A stretch of DNA of 64,000 bases, taken from positions 86,869 through 150,868 of the forward strand of contig MFKO01000008.1 of assembly GCA_001779595.1 (NCBI GenBank), read 5' to 3'. The notes beneath the pieces were generated by a model. The model had not been told where the DNA came from. It was given only the letters and a program-made list of their open reading frames with translations, and ran no database searches. Position numbers and translations under genes: made by a program. The first letter of the stretch is position 1. Each line of letters starts with the position of its first letter. The DNA comes from Candidatus Kaiserbacteria bacterium RIFCSPHIGHO2_01_FULL_46_22 (GTDB lineage Bacteria; Patescibacteriota; Minisyncoccia; Phycocordibacterales; UBA918). Shown in pieces: positions 47,083 through 56,963 of the stretch.

Positions 47083-49469
47083 AAAATAAAAACAGCGACA
47101 AAAAAACTCTCGTTCTCCTAGACGCGCACGCCATTTTGCACCGCGCCTATCACGCTTTGCCTGAATTTACTTCGCCAAGTGGTGAACCAACCGGAGCACT
47201 TTTTGGAATGGTCTCTATTCTCATTAAGATCGTGGAAGACTTGAAGCCGGATTTTATGGTGGCTTGTTACGATCTTCCAGAACCAACCTATCGACATCAT
47301 GCGTTCGACGGTTATAAAGCAAAACGAGCCAAGACCGACGATTCGCTCATTGATCAAATTGAGCGTTCACGCGATCTCCTCAAGGTTCTTAATATTCCGA
47401 TTTATGAACATCCGGGTTTCGAAGCCGATGACATGCTGGGCACGATAGTGAAAAAACTGGAGAAGGAAAAAGACCTGAACATCATCATCGCTTCGGGTGA
47501 TATGGACACGTTGCAGTTGGTAGAAGGAGAGCGAGTGCGTGTGTTTACACAGCGCAAAGGTGCTGAAGTGGTTATGTTCGACGAGAAGGCGGTGGTACAA
47601 AAGTTTGGTTTCGCACCGATCCTTACTATCGATTTCAAAGGTTTGCGCGGCGACGCTTCGGATAATATTCCCGGAGTGCCAGGAGTGGGCGAGGGAAGTG
47701 CGCTTAAGCTGGTCGGGATGTTCGGCACGATCGAAAAGATTTTCGCTGCAATCAAAAAACATGGTGTCGAGGAGATAGCCAAACGTTCGGGAGTACAGAA
47801 ACGCTTTGTGGAAAAAGTCGCTGCTCACGAGGAAGAGGCTCAGTTTTCTAAAATGCTGGCCACAATCCGCACCGATGCCCCAATAGATTTTGCGCTACAC
47901 GAGCAACCTTGGCGTGACGGAGTAGACACCAATGCGGCCTTGTCACTGATGAGTGAACTTGGTTTTCGTTCACCGACTGCTCGTTTCAAACAACTTATGA
48001 ACATACAAGACTATGTTCCTCAGACTGGCGAAATTTCGCAGTCCGAAATGGCTGAGGCAGCAGTTATGTTGTGGCTCCTTGAAAGCGATCGTACTAACCC
48101 GACGTATGAAGATATCGTTGACTACGGACGATCGTTTTTTGCCACCACGGTTTGGACAGAAATAGTAAAGAAACTCGAATACGCACTCAAAGAACAAGGG
48201 TTATGGAAAGTGTTTACAGAGATTGATCGGCCGCTTTTGCCAGTTATAGATAGAATGAACGCGACTGGTATTGTTCTGGATGTTGATTACCTGAAGAAAC
48301 TTTCTGAATCATTTCATAGTGAATTAACGGTTCTTGAGAAGAATATCTACGAGTTAGCTGGCCAGGAGTTCAACATCAACTCGCCTAAACAGTTGGGTGC
48401 AATTGTTTACGATAAGCTCGGCCTGTCACCGGCCCGCGCCAAAAAAACTGCAGGCGGCGCTCGTTCGACCCGCGAAAGTGAGTTGTCACAGATGCTCGAC
48501 AGCCATCCAATCATTAGTGAGATATTGCGCTATCGAGAGCTGACCAAGTTGGTCTCGACCTATGTCGATAGTTTGCCTAAGGCAGTGGGGGAGGATGGCC
48601 GGCTACGTACCACTTTTTTACCTACTGGCACAGTGACCGGACGTATCGGTTCTCGTGATCCAAATCTGCAAAATATCCCGATTCGTACGGAAGAAGGTCA
48701 GAAGGTCAGAAATGCTTTTGTTGCGTCACCAGGTTACAAATTGGTTTCGATCGATTATTCGCAAATCGAACTTCGTCTCGCCGCGATGCTTTCTGGCGAT
48801 GAGAGATTAATTGATATCTTCAAGCGCGGAGAAGACGTTCACCGTGGTGTGGCGGTCAGAGTATTCGGTGTGGCGCCTGACGAGGTCACTCCCGACCAGC
48901 GTCGAGCAGCCAAAGTAATCAACTTCGGCATTCTCTACGGTATGGGAGTGAATGCATTGCGACAAAATTTGGGCGAAGGCACGACGCGTGAAGCGGCACA
49001 AGAATTTCTCAATGCTTATTTCAATACCTTCACTCGTTTGGCGGAATACCTAGAAGAGACCAAGAGTTTTGCCAGAAAACACGGTTATACAGAAACAATG
49101 TTTGGTCGGCGCCGGCATTTCCCAGGCATCACTTCAAGTGCGCCGATGATTCGCGCCAGTGCTGAGCGAATGGCCATTAATGCACCGATTCAAGGTACTG
49201 AAGGAGATTTGCTTCGTCTCGCTCTTTTAGCACTCGATCAGTACATATCTGAAAACAAGCTTAACGACGATGTTCGTATGTTGCTTCAAGTTCATGACGA
49301 ACTAGTGTTCGAGATCAAGGAAGACAAGGTTGAAAAAATTGTTCCGGAGTTGGCAAGAATTATGAGTAGTGTACTTAACGAGAAAGACACCAAAGATGTA
49401 CCGGTTAGTGTCGAAGCAAAGTTAGGTGACAATTGGACAGAAATGGAAAAATTTAAACTTTCCAATTAA
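47079..49469 (+). CDS. polA: DNA polymerase I (5'-3' exonuclease plus polymerase domains)
   Basis: 5'-nuclease motifs are present, followed by polymerase motifs A (DYSQIELR), B (RRAAKVINFGILYG) and C (QVHDELV). It overlaps the tsaE stop (ATGA). Confidence 0.9.
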   Translation: MKNKNSDKKTLVLLDAHAILHRAYHALPEFTSPSGEPTGALFGMVSILIKIVEDLKPDFMVACYDLPEPTYRHHAFDGYKAKRAKTDDSLIDQIERSRDLLKVLNIPIYEHPGFEADDMLGTIVKKLEKEKDLNIIIASGDMDTLQLVEGERVRVFTQRKGAEVVMFDEKAVVQKFGFAPILTIDFKGLRGDASDNIPGVPGVGEGSALKLVGMFGTIEKIFAAIKKHGVEEIAKRSGVQKRFVEKVAAHEEEAQFSKMLATIRTDAPIDFALHEQPWRDGVDTNAALSLMSELGFRSPTARFKQLMNIQDYVPQTGEISQSEMAEAAVMLWLLESDRTNPTYEDIVDYGRSFFATTVWTEIVKKLEYALKEQGLWKVFTEIDRPLLPVIDRMNATGIVLDVDYLKKLSESFHSELTVLEKNIYELAGQEFNINSPKQLGAIVYDKLGLSPARAKKTAGGARSTRESELSQMLDSHPIISEILRYRELTKLVSTYVDSLPKAVGEDGRLRTTFLPTGTVTGRIGSRDPNLQNIPIRTEEGQKVRNAFVASPGYKLVSIDYSQIELRLAAMLSGDERLIDIFKRGEDVHRGVAVRVFGVAPDEVTPDQRRAAKVINFGILYGMGVNALRQNLGEGTTREAAQEFLNAYFNTFTRLAEYLEETKSFARKHGYTETMFGRRRHFPGITSSAPMIRASAERMAINAPIQGTEGDLLRLALLALDQYISENKLNDDVRMLLQVHDELVFEIKEDKVEKIVPELARIMSSVLNEKDTKDVPVSVEAKLGDNWTEMEKFKLSN

Positions 49470-49475
49470 AGTTTT

Positions 49476-50174
49476 ATGTTACGAATATTTTTTGGCAATG
49501 ATCAAATTAAAGTGAGACAGCGAGCAGTGGCGCTTGTGGAGCAGTTTCGCGAAGAGGGCTTGTTGGTTGAGACAATCGACAGTGATAACTACGATTCCGG
49601 GGAGGTGTTGGAGGCAGCACAGAAAGCGTCACTTTTTGGTGGACAGATTATCTACCTCGTTGATACACCGTCAGCCGATCAAGATCTGAATGCAGAAGTG
49701 ATTAACAACTTCGAGGCATTAGCAAATTCTCCACACACCTTCGTGGTAATTGAAGGGCCGTTACTGGTTGACGAAAAAAAACGGTGGGGCAAATACGCTG
49801 AGATTGAAGAAATTAAAAGCGCTGCAACTCCACGTTTTAACACCTTTGCTCTAGCTGACGCATTAGCCAGGCGTGATCGTAAGTCACTCTGGTTAATTTG
49901 GAATGAGGCGCGTTTGTCCGGCATCGCACCGGAGGAACTGGTGGGTATTTTGTGGTGGCAGTTTAAGTCTTTGCGTTTGGCTGCTTTAACTAACAGCGCT
50001 GAGGAAGCTGGAATGAAAGACTATCCGTACCAAAAAGCCAAGCGCGCCCTTATAAAATTTAAGACGGAAGAAGCAGAAACGTTGTCGCATTCGCTACTTG
50101 ATACCTATCACCAAAGTCGCTTAGGCGGACTGGATTTGGATTTAGCAGTAGAACGTTGGCTGCTTAGAGTTTAA
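49476..50174 (+). CDS. holA: DNA polymerase III delta subunit-like protein (short)
   Basis: It sits after polA. The segment ALADALARRDRKSLWLIWNE...LVGILWWQFKSLRLAAL resembles HolA domain III. Confidence is low. Confidence 0.35.
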   Translation: MLRIFFGNDQIKVRQRAVALVEQFREEGLLVETIDSDNYDSGEVLEAAQKASLFGGQIIYLVDTPSADQDLNAEVINNFEALANSPHTFVVIEGPLLVDEKKRWGKYAEIEEIKSAATPRFNTFALADALARRDRKSLWLIWNEARLSGIAPEELVGILWWQFKSLRLAALTNSAEEAGMKDYPYQKAKRALIKFKTEEAETLSHSLLDTYHQSRLGGLDLDLAVERWLLRV

Positions 50175-50218
50175 TCACATTTGAAAAATGCACTAGACGC
50201 GGGTATAGTGTGCCAATC

Positions 50219-50291
50219 CCGCCTATAGCTCAGCCGGTAGAGCAGCTCCCTTTTAAGGAGAAGGTCCCAGGTTCGATCCCTGGTGGGCGGA
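50219..50291 (+). tRNA. tRNA-Lys (anticodon TTT). No 3' CCA is encoded.
   Basis: The acceptor stem is ccgccta/tgggcgg (one G-U pair). The D-arm is gctc-agccggta-gagc, the anticodon loop is cTTTTaa and the T-arm is ccagg-ttcgatc-cctgg. A G-A mismatch sits at the top of the anticodon stem. Confidence 0.75.
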
Positions 50292-50302
50292 CTGAAAAAC
50301 AA

Positions 50303-50330
50303 AAAGCCAAACACGCGAGTGTTTGGCTTT
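50303..50330 (+). terminator. Terminator hairpin after tRNA-Lys (aaagccaaacac-gcga-gtgtttggcttt)
   Basis: A 12-bp perfect stem with a following T-run. Confidence 0.65.
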
Positions 50331-50340
50331 TATGTTTTTC

Positions 50341-50483
50341 CCGCCCACCAGGGATCGAAGACCTTTTGAGATATTTCTGGAGCTTGCGAACAAAAATATC
50401 CAAAAGGTGTACTGATCCTGTAAGGATCGATCCCTGTTATTAAGCTGATACTGCCCTGTAAGGGAGATACCCTGGTGGGTGGG
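50341..50483. repeat. Three degenerate copies of the tRNA-Lys 3' end (T-arm plus acceptor). One copy is inverted (50341-50363), and two are direct partial copies (50424-50437, 50471-50483).
   Basis: The reverse complement of ccgcccaccagggatcgaagacc is ggtcttcgatccctggtgggcgg, which matches the tRNA 3' end over 19 nt. The other copies are aggatcgatccctg and ccctggtgggtgggtcgaat. Confidence 0.7.
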
Positions 50484-50543
50484 TCGAATTTGAGATGCAG
50501 TTGCTCGTACAAATTTATGCTAGTATCCCCGGATCAACTTATG

Positions 50544-51002
50544 CACAAAATAGTCATCCTAGATAACATTCGCAGTGCCCATAACGTCGGTTCCATTTTT
50601 CGCACTGCCGACGGGGCAGGGGCAGAGAAGATTTATTTGCTTGGGTACACGCCGGCGCCACGTGATCGCTTTGGACGCGTGTCTGCCGAGATCGCCAAGA
50701 CCTCACTTGGTGCGAGTGAGACTATTCCGTGGGAGTGTGTAAATACAGAAGACGCAACAACTTTGTTGACGCGTCTTAAGGCCGATGGTTTTGAAGTGGT
50801 AGCGATCGAACAAACTTCGGAGTCAATCTCTCTGCAAAATTTTGTGCCTCAACCAAAAGTTGCTTATATTTTTGGTAACGAGATCGACGGTGTCAGTGCG
50901 AACCTTATTAAGGAAGCCGATATAGTTGTGGAGATTCCCATGCTTGGAATGAAGGAGTCACTCAACGTTTCTGTTTCAGCAGGCATTGTCTTGTTTCACT
51001 AA
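50544..51002 (+). CDS. SpoU/TrmH-family RNA 2'-O-methyltransferase
   Basis: The SPOUT motifs VILDNIRSAHNVGSIFRTADGAG, FGNEIDGVS and ESLNVSVSAGIVLF are present. The track start is GTG 50475, and the ATG at 50544 was used. Confidence 0.8.
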   Translation, partial: HKIVILDNIRSAHNVGSIFRTADGAGAEKIYLLGYTPAPRDRFGRVSAEIAKTSLGASETIPWECVNTEDATTLLTRLKADGFEVVAIEQTSESISLQNFVPQPKVAYIFGNEIDGVSANLIKEADIVVEIPMLGMKESLNVSVSAGIVLFH

Positions 51003-51030
51003 GAAGTCGTTAGTATCAATTGTAAACGGC

Positions 51031-51066
51031 CGCCGGAAGCTTTGCTTCCGGCGGCCGTTTACGTTT
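51031..51066. terminator. Bidirectional terminator (aaacggccgccggaagc-tttg-cttccggcggccgttt)
   Basis: A 17-bp GC-rich stem lies between convergent genes. Confidence 0.7.
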
Positions 51067-51072
51067 CAATTA

Positions 51073-54000
51073 TTACTGTACCGTCACCTCCACCACTCTT
51101 TCATCCACACCAAACTCATTATTTCTCTGTCCACCACACTCCACTCTATAAGAAGCAGTCCGTTCCGGTACATTGAATCCTTCACTCTCAGTATCACCCT
51201 TAAGCATAGCTTTATCCTTCCTGGTTAAAGCATAGTTACCAGCGTCTTGTAGGAAAGGTAGACATTGTTGATAAGCACTGCCGTCCCAGCGGAAGTAGAG
51301 GGAGACACTGGAAGAAATGTTAATCGAAGTAGCTGCTGACCAGTCACTCAATATCTTTCCGTCAGCGCCAACCGCTTTTACTTCTAGAACAACGTCGTTC
51401 GAAACGTTTGGCACAAACACCGTGTCCTCAGGTACATCTTCCGGAAGACCTTCAGTTGATGTTGAGATGACCTCGGTTTCGGTTGTTACATTGAGGGTCT
51501 CTATGCCGGCATCAAAGGTGATAGCTTCTGTGCGGAAGTAGGTTTTATCCGCCAAAGTTTCGTAACTGGCGCCAGTTATACCGAAGTCTGTTGCTAGGTT
51601 GTTTGCAGTTTCACTCACTAGAGTAGGGGCGTCACCTTCGCCGCAAAGAGCGGAGGTGATAGTAGTTACTTTATTTTGATCCGTTCGGTCATTCAGTACA
51701 GCTATGAACACGTATCCATCCGAATAACCGCCTATTAATGGACAAGGCACTGGTGCGTTCGGATAAATATAGACTGATTCAACGTCATCTACACTAAGGC
51801 CGGTAGGGTAGGTTGGTAGATCAATAATAGTGCCGAGAGGACCGTCCCCGGTTCTTTCAGGTGAAAAAGGACTGATAAATGTAGCGACAGTATTTTTAAT
51901 ACCATCTACCAAGCGGCCTACCAGTCCTTGGTCAGCTGGATCTCTAGGTAAGTTCGTGGAGGTACTAACCAATCCGATCACGTCGCCGAAGAATCCAACA
52001 CCTCCGAACTTTTCCTGCATGTACGACACAGAAGTATATTGTGGCACCAGTACGGTACGAATCGTTCCGTCTTTCAAGGTGATCAGGTAGTCGTAATATT
52101 CGTCGCTCGCCACTTCCGAATCAGGGTCTACCAAATCGTAAGTAATAGTCGCAACATCCACTACTGTGAATGTCGAAGAGTCGGTAAATATTCCGCGGGT
52201 CATTCCCGTTAGAATATTTTCCGGCAAAGAAGCATCGTTGTTTTCTAGTTGTACTTTGTTGCCGTTTGCGTCTATATACTCCACTACATAGGTGTAGATT
52301 GCGTCCGTGGCGGAATCTATAACGACTCCGTTTTCTACCAGTGGGGAATAGAGCCCATTGGAGTAGACAATGTTGCCGTCATCTCCAAAGAGTAAGGCCG
52401 GTTCTTCAAACATTTCCAATACACCGTCCAATTCATCGCCGGCGTAGCTGTCTTTATCAGCTACCGCCTCGTCTATGAGATCGTGTCGAGCCAAAGTGAT
52501 TTCTTTATTCTTGGCGTCTACCACTATTGTTACTTCAGCGTATTCAGGGAAGGAGGTGAGGTCTTCTGGCTCGATGACTGGAGTTTCTTGGTCAATACCA
52601 ATTATTTTTTCCACCAGTATCTCTAGGTTGCGAAGGACTGCCACATTGGTCATAACTAAACCAACGGTGGCGCCTTGTGTTTCAGGACAAGGATCTTCTA
52701 GAGTTGGTCGGCAAGTTTGCTGTTCACCATCGCCGTCGTCTTTTGGAGGAGTTCCTGTAGGTAAGTCACTAACCTTTACGTGTTTGGCTAAAATGGATAC
52801 CAGAATCGCCAAAGGCATAGGCAAAACAGTCGATAGGGTAGAGGAGATAGCTGCATCGGCCATCAGTGACGCAACTTGATCGCTCACATCAATGCCTAGA
52901 TTTTTAAGGCCAGTCTGAATCGCTTCTTTGGTCTTTGCGTGCACTGTTTCGGCATCGTTACCGTTGTCACCGTCTGTGTCTGAATCGCTGTCATTGTCGT
53001 CACCGTCGTTATTATTGTCGCGTTCGTCTTCAGTGTCGTTGCTGTCGTCAGAATTCGTATCGTCTCTTCCTGTGCCGTCATCGTTGTTGTTGTTAGCGCC
53101 GTCTTCCTCATCATCCCCGTCAGTGTTAGAAGGGGAATAGTTGTCTAACTCGTCTTTATTAAAAGTCTTAGCTTCTTCTAGACCATCTGCCAATGCGTCT
53201 TTGACCCAGCCAGGAGCATTAGCAGATTCACCACCCGCTCCCCAAGCGGACACGCTTCCACCACCTAGGTGCATGGTGTATGGACCCATGTAACCATTAC
53301 CAGCTCCGATGCCAGTAACGCCAGCCCGAACCGCTGCCTGCATAAACTCTTTCATTTTGGCTTGGTCCTCCGCATTGTTCATATTTAGTTTATGACCGTT
53401 CTCATCAACCAAATAGCCGTCAGCAGCATTTCCGTGATCGTGTCTATTAGATCCGGTACGCTCACTTAATTTGGCAAGTCCTTGTCGGATGTCGGCTTTT
53501 GACGCTTGTCCGCCAGAAGTAACGACAAATGTTAAGCCGGTTACTTTAGAAGCGTAAGCCAATTGTTTCTCTAGGGTCCCAGTAATATCCCGCTTGCGGT
53601 GTTTGGCAGTGGTGTCTTGTTTTTGAACAACCAGATCGCTGGTATCGCTACTTACTTTTTCGGCATCATCTGAGTAAGTAGGGGCGGTTTTGTTTGCAGC
53701 ATCCTCCAAGTTAGCTTTCAATAAATTTTCGGTTGGCGTCAACGTAGAGATTTTGAAGTCGTTTACATTCTCAATCGGCGTCTTTGTCAGAAGATTGGCG
53801 GACCGAGCAGTAGTATTTTCCACGCTTTCTTTTTCTGGATTGATTTCACTTTTTATGTAACCGATTGTGGTTTTGTTGTATTGACCAACTTCAACTGAGG
53901 CCGACAGGTCGTCAGCCCAGTCTATGCTGTCTTCAGCAAAGCTGGCGTAGAAGTGATTAGCCTTGATCGCTGGTGCCGCTACAGACAACCCTCTTTCTTT

Positions 54001-55968
54001 TGCAATGGTGCCGTCAGTCAACTTTTCGGTCAGCGCGGACAAAGCTTCGCGGCTATCTTCCTTGGACATTTCAGTAAACGCTTTTTCATCTACAGTGACT
54101 GAGGACAGGTAGTTCGGATGGGCTATTTGTTGTGCGATTGAACGATTAGTACGAGATGCTTCACCGGCTATGGCGTTTAACATTCCTGCCGCTTCGGATA
54201 TGTCCTCATCAGATAGAGTTTTAAAGCTGGGGTCGTTCTTGTAAGCAGACACGATGTTGGCCCTGGTCTTCGCGTCAATTTCATAAGCTATGGCGAGAGC
54301 AGTGATGGTTTTTGAATCGTTCAATTCAAACCCAGCTTTTTCTGCCTTCTCTTTCAAAGAGTCCGGCGCATCACCGATGTCTGTCTTACCGGTTGCTAGA
54401 TCTGTGGAAGGTGTGGACTGAATTGTTTGGGTGCTTTTAAATTTGCCGAGATCAGCTTTTGTGAAGCTACTAGCTTTGCCTGGTAGGGAAGGGTTACCGG
54501 CGTTTGGTATTTCGTTCCCGGTCGTACCGTCGTAACTTTTTTTGTTGCCCGTTTTTGTATTCAAAACCGAAACGGTATTGGTTTTGGTATTTATTGAAAC
54601 AGCCGAATGTGGCTCAGCTTCTTTAGCGATTCTGTCCACTGTTGTCGAGTTCGGAACGCTTTTCGCATCTACTGTCTTTCCATCTTGTGCGCCGGTGAAA
54701 CTTTTCGTCTTAGGATCGTAAGAATAGGAATTGTTTTGAGTCTTCGTTTCGGTTGTTTCAGTAGAGTCGTTAGAATCATCCGCACCTTGCTTGTTATTCA
54801 TCATGTCGGAATAGCTCGGTACATCATTAGGAGTCTTCGCTGTCGCAGTTTCCTTGCTATCGTCTTCGCTACCGGCAGTATCACTTTTAGTATCAGCCTT
54901 GTCAGTCGTACCGTTACCGGCAGTGGTGCCGGTTTTGGTTCCTTCTACTGCGACATTGTGATAATTGGCCGCATCGGGACCAAAAGAGCTAGTTTTTTTA
55001 TCCTCGTAGGTTTTTTCATAGCCACTTATCTTTGCGTCCAGTTCCGCCGCTGACAAAGTTTTGTCGTCATAAGCAGCGTTGATTTGCTGGCCCAATTCTG
55101 TGCCAAGCTTGGTGAGCTCGGCTACCTTAGCCTGATTTACTGGAGTGTTGGCTACAGTCATGGTCTTAGTGTGGATGGCAATCTCGGCAGTTTCTTCCGT
55201 ACCCGCGTAAGCTCCTTTAATACCGATTACTTCTGTTGCCGCATAGGCCGCTGCATTAAGAGCTGCCTTAGTATTATTGACTGCGTTGATGCCCATATTG
55301 CTGAAGACGTTCGCAATGTTGCTGGCAGGTACCGTGCTTTGAGTGAGTCCGGTACTCAGATTGTTCACCACGGACTTAGTCACTGACGCCGCGATCTCGG
55401 CCCTGACCACATCTGCCGCTGGACCGATCGCACCGGTCAGGTTGCCAACTACTTCTCCTGGGGCAACACTCCCGTCTTGATATCCAGCATGAGTCGCTGC
55501 GTTATCGACGGTGTCTCCTCCACCAATTAGCGCTGCGTCACTAATCGCATCCGCCGCCGCGGCCCCAGCACTCAAACTCTGCACCGTCCCGTCACTCATA
55601 GCCACCTGATCATTATCAATGGTGCCACTCATACGAGCGTCCGCCGTCGCATTAACATCCACATCCCCAGTCATACCGTAACCAGCAGCGGTTTCCGCAT
55701 CAGCCGCTGCCTGATTAGTCGCTTCAGCATCAGCTCCACCAGCACCCGGTCCAGGACCACTCTCACTCGGTGAGTCACCAGTACTGCCACCAGCGTAGCC
55801 GCTTTCTCCACTACCCATACCAGGTCCAGGACCACTCTCGCTCGGAGAATCACCGCTAGCTTCACTGCCATCTGTTTCTCCTTCCTGAGCAATGGCTAAG
55901 CTTGGAGTGATGAGAGAGGTGATGAGGAGGAGGGCGGTGAGGCTATATAGAGTTGTGAAGCGATGCAT
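51073..55968 (-). CDS. Giant secreted protein (1631 aa). It has a signal peptide, Ser/Thr/Gly/Asp-rich low-complexity regions, an Asp-rich acidic tract, and an internal LAS/M15-type zinc-peptidase-like motif.
   Basis: The N-terminus is MHRFTTLYSLTALLLITSLITPSLAIAQ. GDSPSESGPGPG occurs twice. A DDEEDGANNNNDDGTGRDDTNSDDSNDTEDERDNNNDGDDNDSDSDTDGDNGND tract is present. The segments SNRHDHGNAADGY and GIGAGNGYMGPYTMHLGGG (nt ~53200-53470) resemble M15/VanY-fold signatures. Confidence 0.8.
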   Translation of the reverse strand: MHRFTTLYSLTALLLITSLITPSLAIAQEGETDGSEASGDSPSESGPGPGMGSGESGYAGGSTGDSPSESGPGPGAGGADAEATNQAAADAETAAGYGMTGDVDVNATADARMSGTIDNDQVAMSDGTVQSLSAGAAAADAISDAALIGGGDTVDNAATHAGYQDGSVAPGEVVGNLTGAIGPAADVVRAEIAASVTKSVVNNLSTGLTQSTVPASNIANVFSNMGINAVNNTKAALNAAAYAATEVIGIKGAYAGTEETAEIAIHTKTMTVANTPVNQAKVAELTKLGTELGQQINAAYDDKTLSAAELDAKISGYEKTYEDKKTSSFGPDAANYHNVAVEGTKTGTTAGNGTTDKADTKSDTAGSEDDSKETATAKTPNDVPSYSDMMNNKQGADDSNDSTETTETKTQNNSYSYDPKTKSFTGAQDGKTVDAKSVPNSTTVDRIAKEAEPHSAVSINTKTNTVSVLNTKTGNKKSYDGTTGNEIPNAGNPSLPGKASSFTKADLGKFKSTQTIQSTPSTDLATGKTDIGDAPDSLKEKAEKAGFELNDSKTITALAIAYEIDAKTRANIVSAYKNDPSFKTLSDEDISEAAGMLNAIAGEASRTNRSIAQQIAHPNYLSSVTVDEKAFTEMSKEDSREALSALTEKLTDGTIAKERGLSVAAPAIKANHFYASFAEDSIDWADDLSASVEVGQYNKTTIGYIKSEINPEKESVENTTARSANLLTKTPIENVNDFKISTLTPTENLLKANLEDAANKTAPTYSDDAEKVSSDTSDLVVQKQDTTAKHRKRDITGTLEKQLAYASKVTGLTFVVTSGGQASKADIRQGLAKLSERTGSNRHDHGNAADGYLVDENGHKLNMNNAEDQAKMKEFMQAAVRAGVTGIGAGNGYMGPYTMHLGGGSVSAWGAGGESANAPGWVKDALADGLEEAKTFNKDELDNYSPSNTDGDDEEDGANNNNDDGTGRDDTNSDDSNDTEDERDNNNDGDDNDSDSDTDGDNGNDAETVHAKTKEAIQTGLKNLGIDVSDQVASLMADAAISSTLSTVLPMPLAILVSILAKHVKVSDLPTGTPPKDDGDGEQQTCRPTLEDPCPETQGATVGLVMTNVAVLRNLEILVEKIIGIDQETPVIEPEDLTSFPEYAEVTIVVDAKNKEITLARHDLIDEAVADKDSYAGDELDGVLEMFEEPALLFGDDGNIVYSNGLYSPLVENGVVIDSATDAIYTYVVEYIDANGNKVQLENNDASLPENILTGMTRGIFTDSSTFTVVDVATITYDLVDPDSEVASDEYYDYLITLKDGTIRTVLVPQYTSVSYMQEKFGGVGFFGDVIGLVSTSTNLPRDPADQGLVGRLVDGIKNTVATFISPFSPERTGDGPLGTIIDLPTYPTGLSVDDVESVYIYPNAPVPCPLIGGYSDGYVFIAVLNDRTDQNKVTTITSALCGEGDAPTLVSETANNLATDFGITGASYETLADKTYFRTEAITFDAGIETLNVTTETEVISTSTEGLPEDVPEDTVFVPNVSNDVVLEVKAVGADGKILSDWSAATSINISSSVSLYFRWDGSAYQQCLPFLQDAGNYALTRKDKAMLKGDTESEGFNVPERTASYRVECGGQRNNEFGVDERVVEVTVQ

Positions 55969-56134
55969 AAAGAACGGTTGGATAATTTAATTAATGTTTT
56001 CATTATAAGCCCCGCCTCTAGACTAAATTGCGGCTTATTCACTCATTAGACACAGAGGAGGTTCTATAGTGGACAAAAGTAGTGTTTTGTGGTATACTAA
56101 AAACAGTCAAATCAACTCAACTGGAGTAAGTAGG

Positions 56135-56872
56135 ATGTCGATCTTTGTCAAAGTTGCAGCACTGCTGCTCGTCGTAATTTCGGTGTTGGTCTCTAGCAAC
56201 AGAGCTATGGCCTCTGAAGGTATCAATCCACTCGGGATCGGACCTCGGACGGATATCGTGAATCTGACGAGCCGTAATAATGACAAGCTGAAAGAGGTGC
56301 AGAAAGCTTTCTACGACAGGGGTTTCGATGTCACGGTAAGTGGCAAACTCGGTAGAGAGACTATAAATGCCTTCGTTCAGCTACAACGTGCATTGAAAGA
56401 ACCCATTACTGGTCGCTTAACTAGCGGACAGTGGAAAAAGTTGTTGGCGGAATCTCCGCCAACAAGTTGGGGGGCACTAGCTGTGTCTACGGATGGCACT
56501 CATGCTGAGGCCCATAGTCAACAAACTCGAGCATTGGCTGAACAGATAGCGCTTCGGAACTGCCTATCCAAGACGAAGTCAGACTGCTGGGTTCGGTCTG
56601 CACCAAACTACTACTGGATAGTTTCCGGTTGGTGCAGGCTTGGTAATCGAACGACTGTATTCCTTCGGATAGATGGTATTAGTTCTGACAAGGCCTTTGC
56701 CAAAGCCAATAAGGCGGCTATCAAGGATGGCTTTGATCCGTATAACGGCAAAGACTGCTTTCAGGCAGTGGCTGTCCACGCAATGTTCGGTTACGAACAT
56801 ACCCTCACCGAGAGGGAAGGGTTCGAAGTCGAACATCAAGCCGACGGACAGCTCGTGGACGTACCAAACTGA
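56135..56872 (+). CDS. Secreted protein with a putative peptidoglycan-binding (PG_binding_1-like) domain and a Cys-containing C-terminal domain
   Basis: A signal peptide MSIFVKVAALLLVVISVLVSSNRAMA is followed by LKEVQKAFYDRGFDVTVSGKLGRETINAFVQLQRAL. The track GTG start is 56069, and the ATG at 56135 is preceded by ggagtaag. Confidence 0.55.
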   Translation: MSIFVKVAALLLVVISVLVSSNRAMASEGINPLGIGPRTDIVNLTSRNNDKLKEVQKAFYDRGFDVTVSGKLGRETINAFVQLQRALKEPITGRLTSGQWKKLLAESPPTSWGALAVSTDGTHAEAHSQQTRALAEQIALRNCLSKTKSDCWVRSAPNYYWIVSGWCRLGNRTTVFLRIDGISSDKAFAKANKAAIKDGFDPYNGKDCFQAVAVHAMFGYEHTLTEREGFEVEHQADGQLVDVPN

Positions 56873-56963
56873 AGAAATTGAGGCCGGAGCGTTATACGCA
56901 CCGGCCTTTGCTTTTTTCGTCAAAGTGTGGTATTGTAATAGTGCTGTGTCGCACTGGGGCGGC

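Noticed and set aside
50210-50443. Track ORF 50210..50443 (+) and 50330..50512 (-)
   Set aside because: They overlap tRNA-Lys, its terminator and the tRNA-fragment repeats. Both are spurious.
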